A stretch of DNA of 64,000 nt from Eledone cirrhosa (lineage: Eukaryota). Within the stretch, counting starts at the first letter, position 1; each line of letters opens with the position of its first letter. The stretch spans positions 128,464,001 to 128,528,000 of the forward strand of contig OZ024744.1 of NCBI GenBank assembly GCA_964016885.1, given 5' to 3'. Positions 61,846-64,000 of the stretch are shown here, piece after piece. The position numbers and the translations under genes are program-made. A model generated the notes under the pieces. The model was given only the letters and a program-made list of their open reading frames with translations. It was not told where the DNA came from and did not search any database.

Positions 61846-64000
61846 AGTTGGGGTTAATTTAAGTTGGGGTTAAGTTATGTCGGGGTTAAGTTGAGTTGGG
61901 GTTAAGTTAAGTTGGGGTTAAGTTAAGTTGGGGTTAAGTTAAGTTGGGGTTAAGATAAGTTGGGGTTAAGTTAAGTTGGGGTTAAATTAAGTTCGGGTTA
62001 AGTTAATTTGGGGTTGACTTAAGTTGGGGTTAACTTAAGTTGGGATTAAGTTAAGTTGGGGTTAAGTTAAGTTGGGGTTAAATTAAGTTCGGGTTAAGTT
62101 AAGTTGGGGTTAAGTTAAGTTGGGGTTAAGTTAAGTTGGGGTTAAGTTAGGTTGGGGTTAAGTTAAGTTGGGGGTAAGTTAAGTTGGGGTTAAGTTAAGT
62201 TGGGGTTAAGTTAAGTTGGGGGTAAGTTAAGTTGGGGGTAAGTTAAGTTGGGGTTAATTTAAGTTGGGTCGAATTAAGTTGGTGTTAAGTTAAGTTGGGG
62301 TTAAGTTAAGTTGGGGTTAAGTTAAGTTGGGGTTAAGTTAAGATGGGGTTTAGTTAAGTTGGGGTTAAGTTAAGTTGGGGTTACGTTAAGTTGGGGGTAA
62401 GTTAAGTTGGTGGTAAGTTAAGTTGGGGGTAAGTTAAGATGGGGTTAAATTAAGTTGGGGTTAAGTTAATTTGGGGTTGACTTAATTTGGGGTTGACTTA
62501 AGTTGGGGTTAACTTAAGTTGGGGTTAAGTTAAGATGGGGTTTCGTTAAGTTGGGGTTAAGTTAAATTGGGGTTTAGTTAAGTTGGGGTTAAGTTAAGTT
62601 GGGGTTAAGTTAAGTTGGGGGTAAGTTAAGTTGGGGGTAAGTTAAGTTGGGGTTAATTTAAGTTGGGTCGAATTAAGTTGGTGTTAAGTTAAGTTGGGGT
62701 TAAGTTAAGTTGGGGTTAAGTTAAGTTGGGGTTAAGTTAAGTTGGGGGTAAGTTAAGTTGGGGGTAAGTTAAGTTGGGGTTAATTTAAGTTGGGTCGAAT
62801 TAAGTTGGTGTTAAGTTAAGTTGGGGTTAAGTTAAGTTGGGGTTAAGTTAAGTTGGGGTTCAATTAAGTTGCGGTTAATTTAAGTTGGGGTTAAGTTAAG
62901 TTGGGGTTAAGTTAAGTTGGGGTTAAGTTAAGTTGGGGTTAAATTAAGTTGGGGTTAAATTAAGTTGGGGTTAAGTTAAGTTGGGGTTATGTTAAGTTGG
63001 TGTTAAGTTAAGTTGGGGTTAAGTTAAGTTGGGGTTAAGTTAAGTTGGGGTTAAGTTAGGTTGGTGTTAAGTTAAGTTGGGGGTAAGTTAAGTTGGGGGT
63101 AAGTTAAGTTGGTGTTAAGTTAAGTTGGGGTTAAGTTAAGTTGGGGTTAAGTTAAGTTGGGTTTAAGTTAAGTTGGGGTTAAGTAAAGTTAGGGCTAAGT
63201 TAAGTTGGGTTAAGTTAAGTTGGGGTTAATTTAACTTGGGGTTACATTAAGTTGAGGTTAAGTTAAGTTGGTGTTAAGTTAAGTTGGGGTTAATTTAAGT
63301 TGGGGTTAATTAAGTTGGGGTTAATTTAAGTTGGGGTTAAGTTAAGTTGGGGTTAATTTCAGTTGGGGTTGAGTTAAGTTGGGGTTAAGTTTAGTTGGGG
63401 TTAATTTAAGTTGGGGTTGAGTTAAGTTGGGGTTAAGTTAAGTTGGGGTTAAGTTATGTTCGGGTTAAGTTAAGTTGGTGTTAAGTTAAGTTAGGGTTAA
63501 GTTAAGTTGCGGCTAAGTTAAGTTGGGTCTAAGTTAAGTTGGGGTTAAGTTAAGTTGGGGTTAAGTTAAGTGAGGGTTAATTTAAGTTGGGGTTATTTTA
63601 AGTTGGGGTTAAGTTAAGTTGGGGTTAAGTTAGGTTGGTGTTAAGTTAAGTTGGGGGTAAGTTAAGTTGGGGCTAAGTTAAGTTAGGGCTAAGTTAAGTT
63701 GGGGCTGAGTTAAGTTGGGGTTAAGTTAAGTTGGGGTTGAGTTAAGTTGGGGCTAAGTTAAGTTGGGGTTTAGTTAAGTTGGGGTTAAGTTAAGGTGGGG
63801 TTAAGTTAAGTTGGGGTCAACTAAAGTTGGGGTTAAGTTAAGTTGGGGTTAACTTAAGTTGGGGTTAAATTAAGTTGGGGTTAAGTTAAGTTGGGGTTAA
63901 GTTAAGTTGGGGTTAAGTTAAGTTGCGGGTAATTTAAGTTGGGGTTAAGTTAAGTTGGGGTTAAGTTAAGTTGGGGGTAAGTTAAGTTGGGGGTAAGTTA
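61846..64000 (+). repeat. Partial HOR copy re-entering mid-unit (2,522-bp offset), cut by the window end
   Basis: TATGTCGGGG 59354/61876 and GTGAGGG 61048/63570 are both offset by 2522. Confidence 0.86.

Larger units (their letters stand above)
1..64000 (+). repeat. Satellite array, 16-bp monomer GGGGTTAAGTTAAGTT, about 4,000 head-to-tail copies, running off both window ends
   Basis: GGGG tracts at 9, 25, 41 and onward give a 16-bp period that continues to position 64000. No inversion or foreign sequence was seen. Consensus composition is G6 T6 A4 C0. Confidence 0.99.

Noticed and set aside
1-64000. Protein-coding ORFs or a repetitive protein gene
   Set aside because: TAA occurs twice per monomer on both strands, and the 16-bp period cycles it through all frames, so no meaningful ORF exists under the standard code.
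1-64000. CRISPR array or other repeat-spacer system
   Set aside because: There are no unique spacers; monomers are contiguous and differ only by point variants. No cas genes are present.
1-64000. Canonical, freshly telomerase-synthesised telomere tract
   Set aside because: Frequent variants copied in kb-scale order are not expected from template-directed addition, and no chromosome end is visible. A telomeric origin stays open as a finding.
1-64000. Variants as sequencing noise
   Set aside because: The same variants recur in the same order at consistent offsets in many copies. Individual junctions or singleton SNVs could still be assembly errors.
1-64000. Assignment to a named satellite family or organism
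   Set aside because: I do not recognise this monomer with confidence; a BLAST or satellite-database search is needed.

Overview
The whole 64-kb window is one uninterrupted, single-orientation satellite array of about 4,000 copies of a 16-bp monomer, GGGGTTAAGTTAAGTT (TTAAG-TTAAG-TTGGGG). The + strand is G/T-rich and nearly C-free. I found no genes, RNA genes, transposons or CRISPR arrays; TAA stops recur in all six frames. The point variants are not random. They recur in a fixed order and define a very long higher-order repeat (HOR) of about 7.24 kb (about 454 monomers), present as roughly ten full, truncated or chimeric copies. Superimposed on it are tandem duplications (240 bp, about 1.07 kb, 1,622 bp, about 4.63 kb) and long-range sister segments (offsets about 20.8 kb and 31.3 kb). 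A distinct sub-domain lies at about 5-15 kb, and a young, progressively shortened HOR lineage lies at the right end. The monomer looks telomere-like, but the array appears to be propagated by recombination or segment copying rather than by direct telomerase synthesis. Organism and chromosomal position cannot be determined from the sequence. All block boundaries were read by eye and are approximate to within a few monomers.
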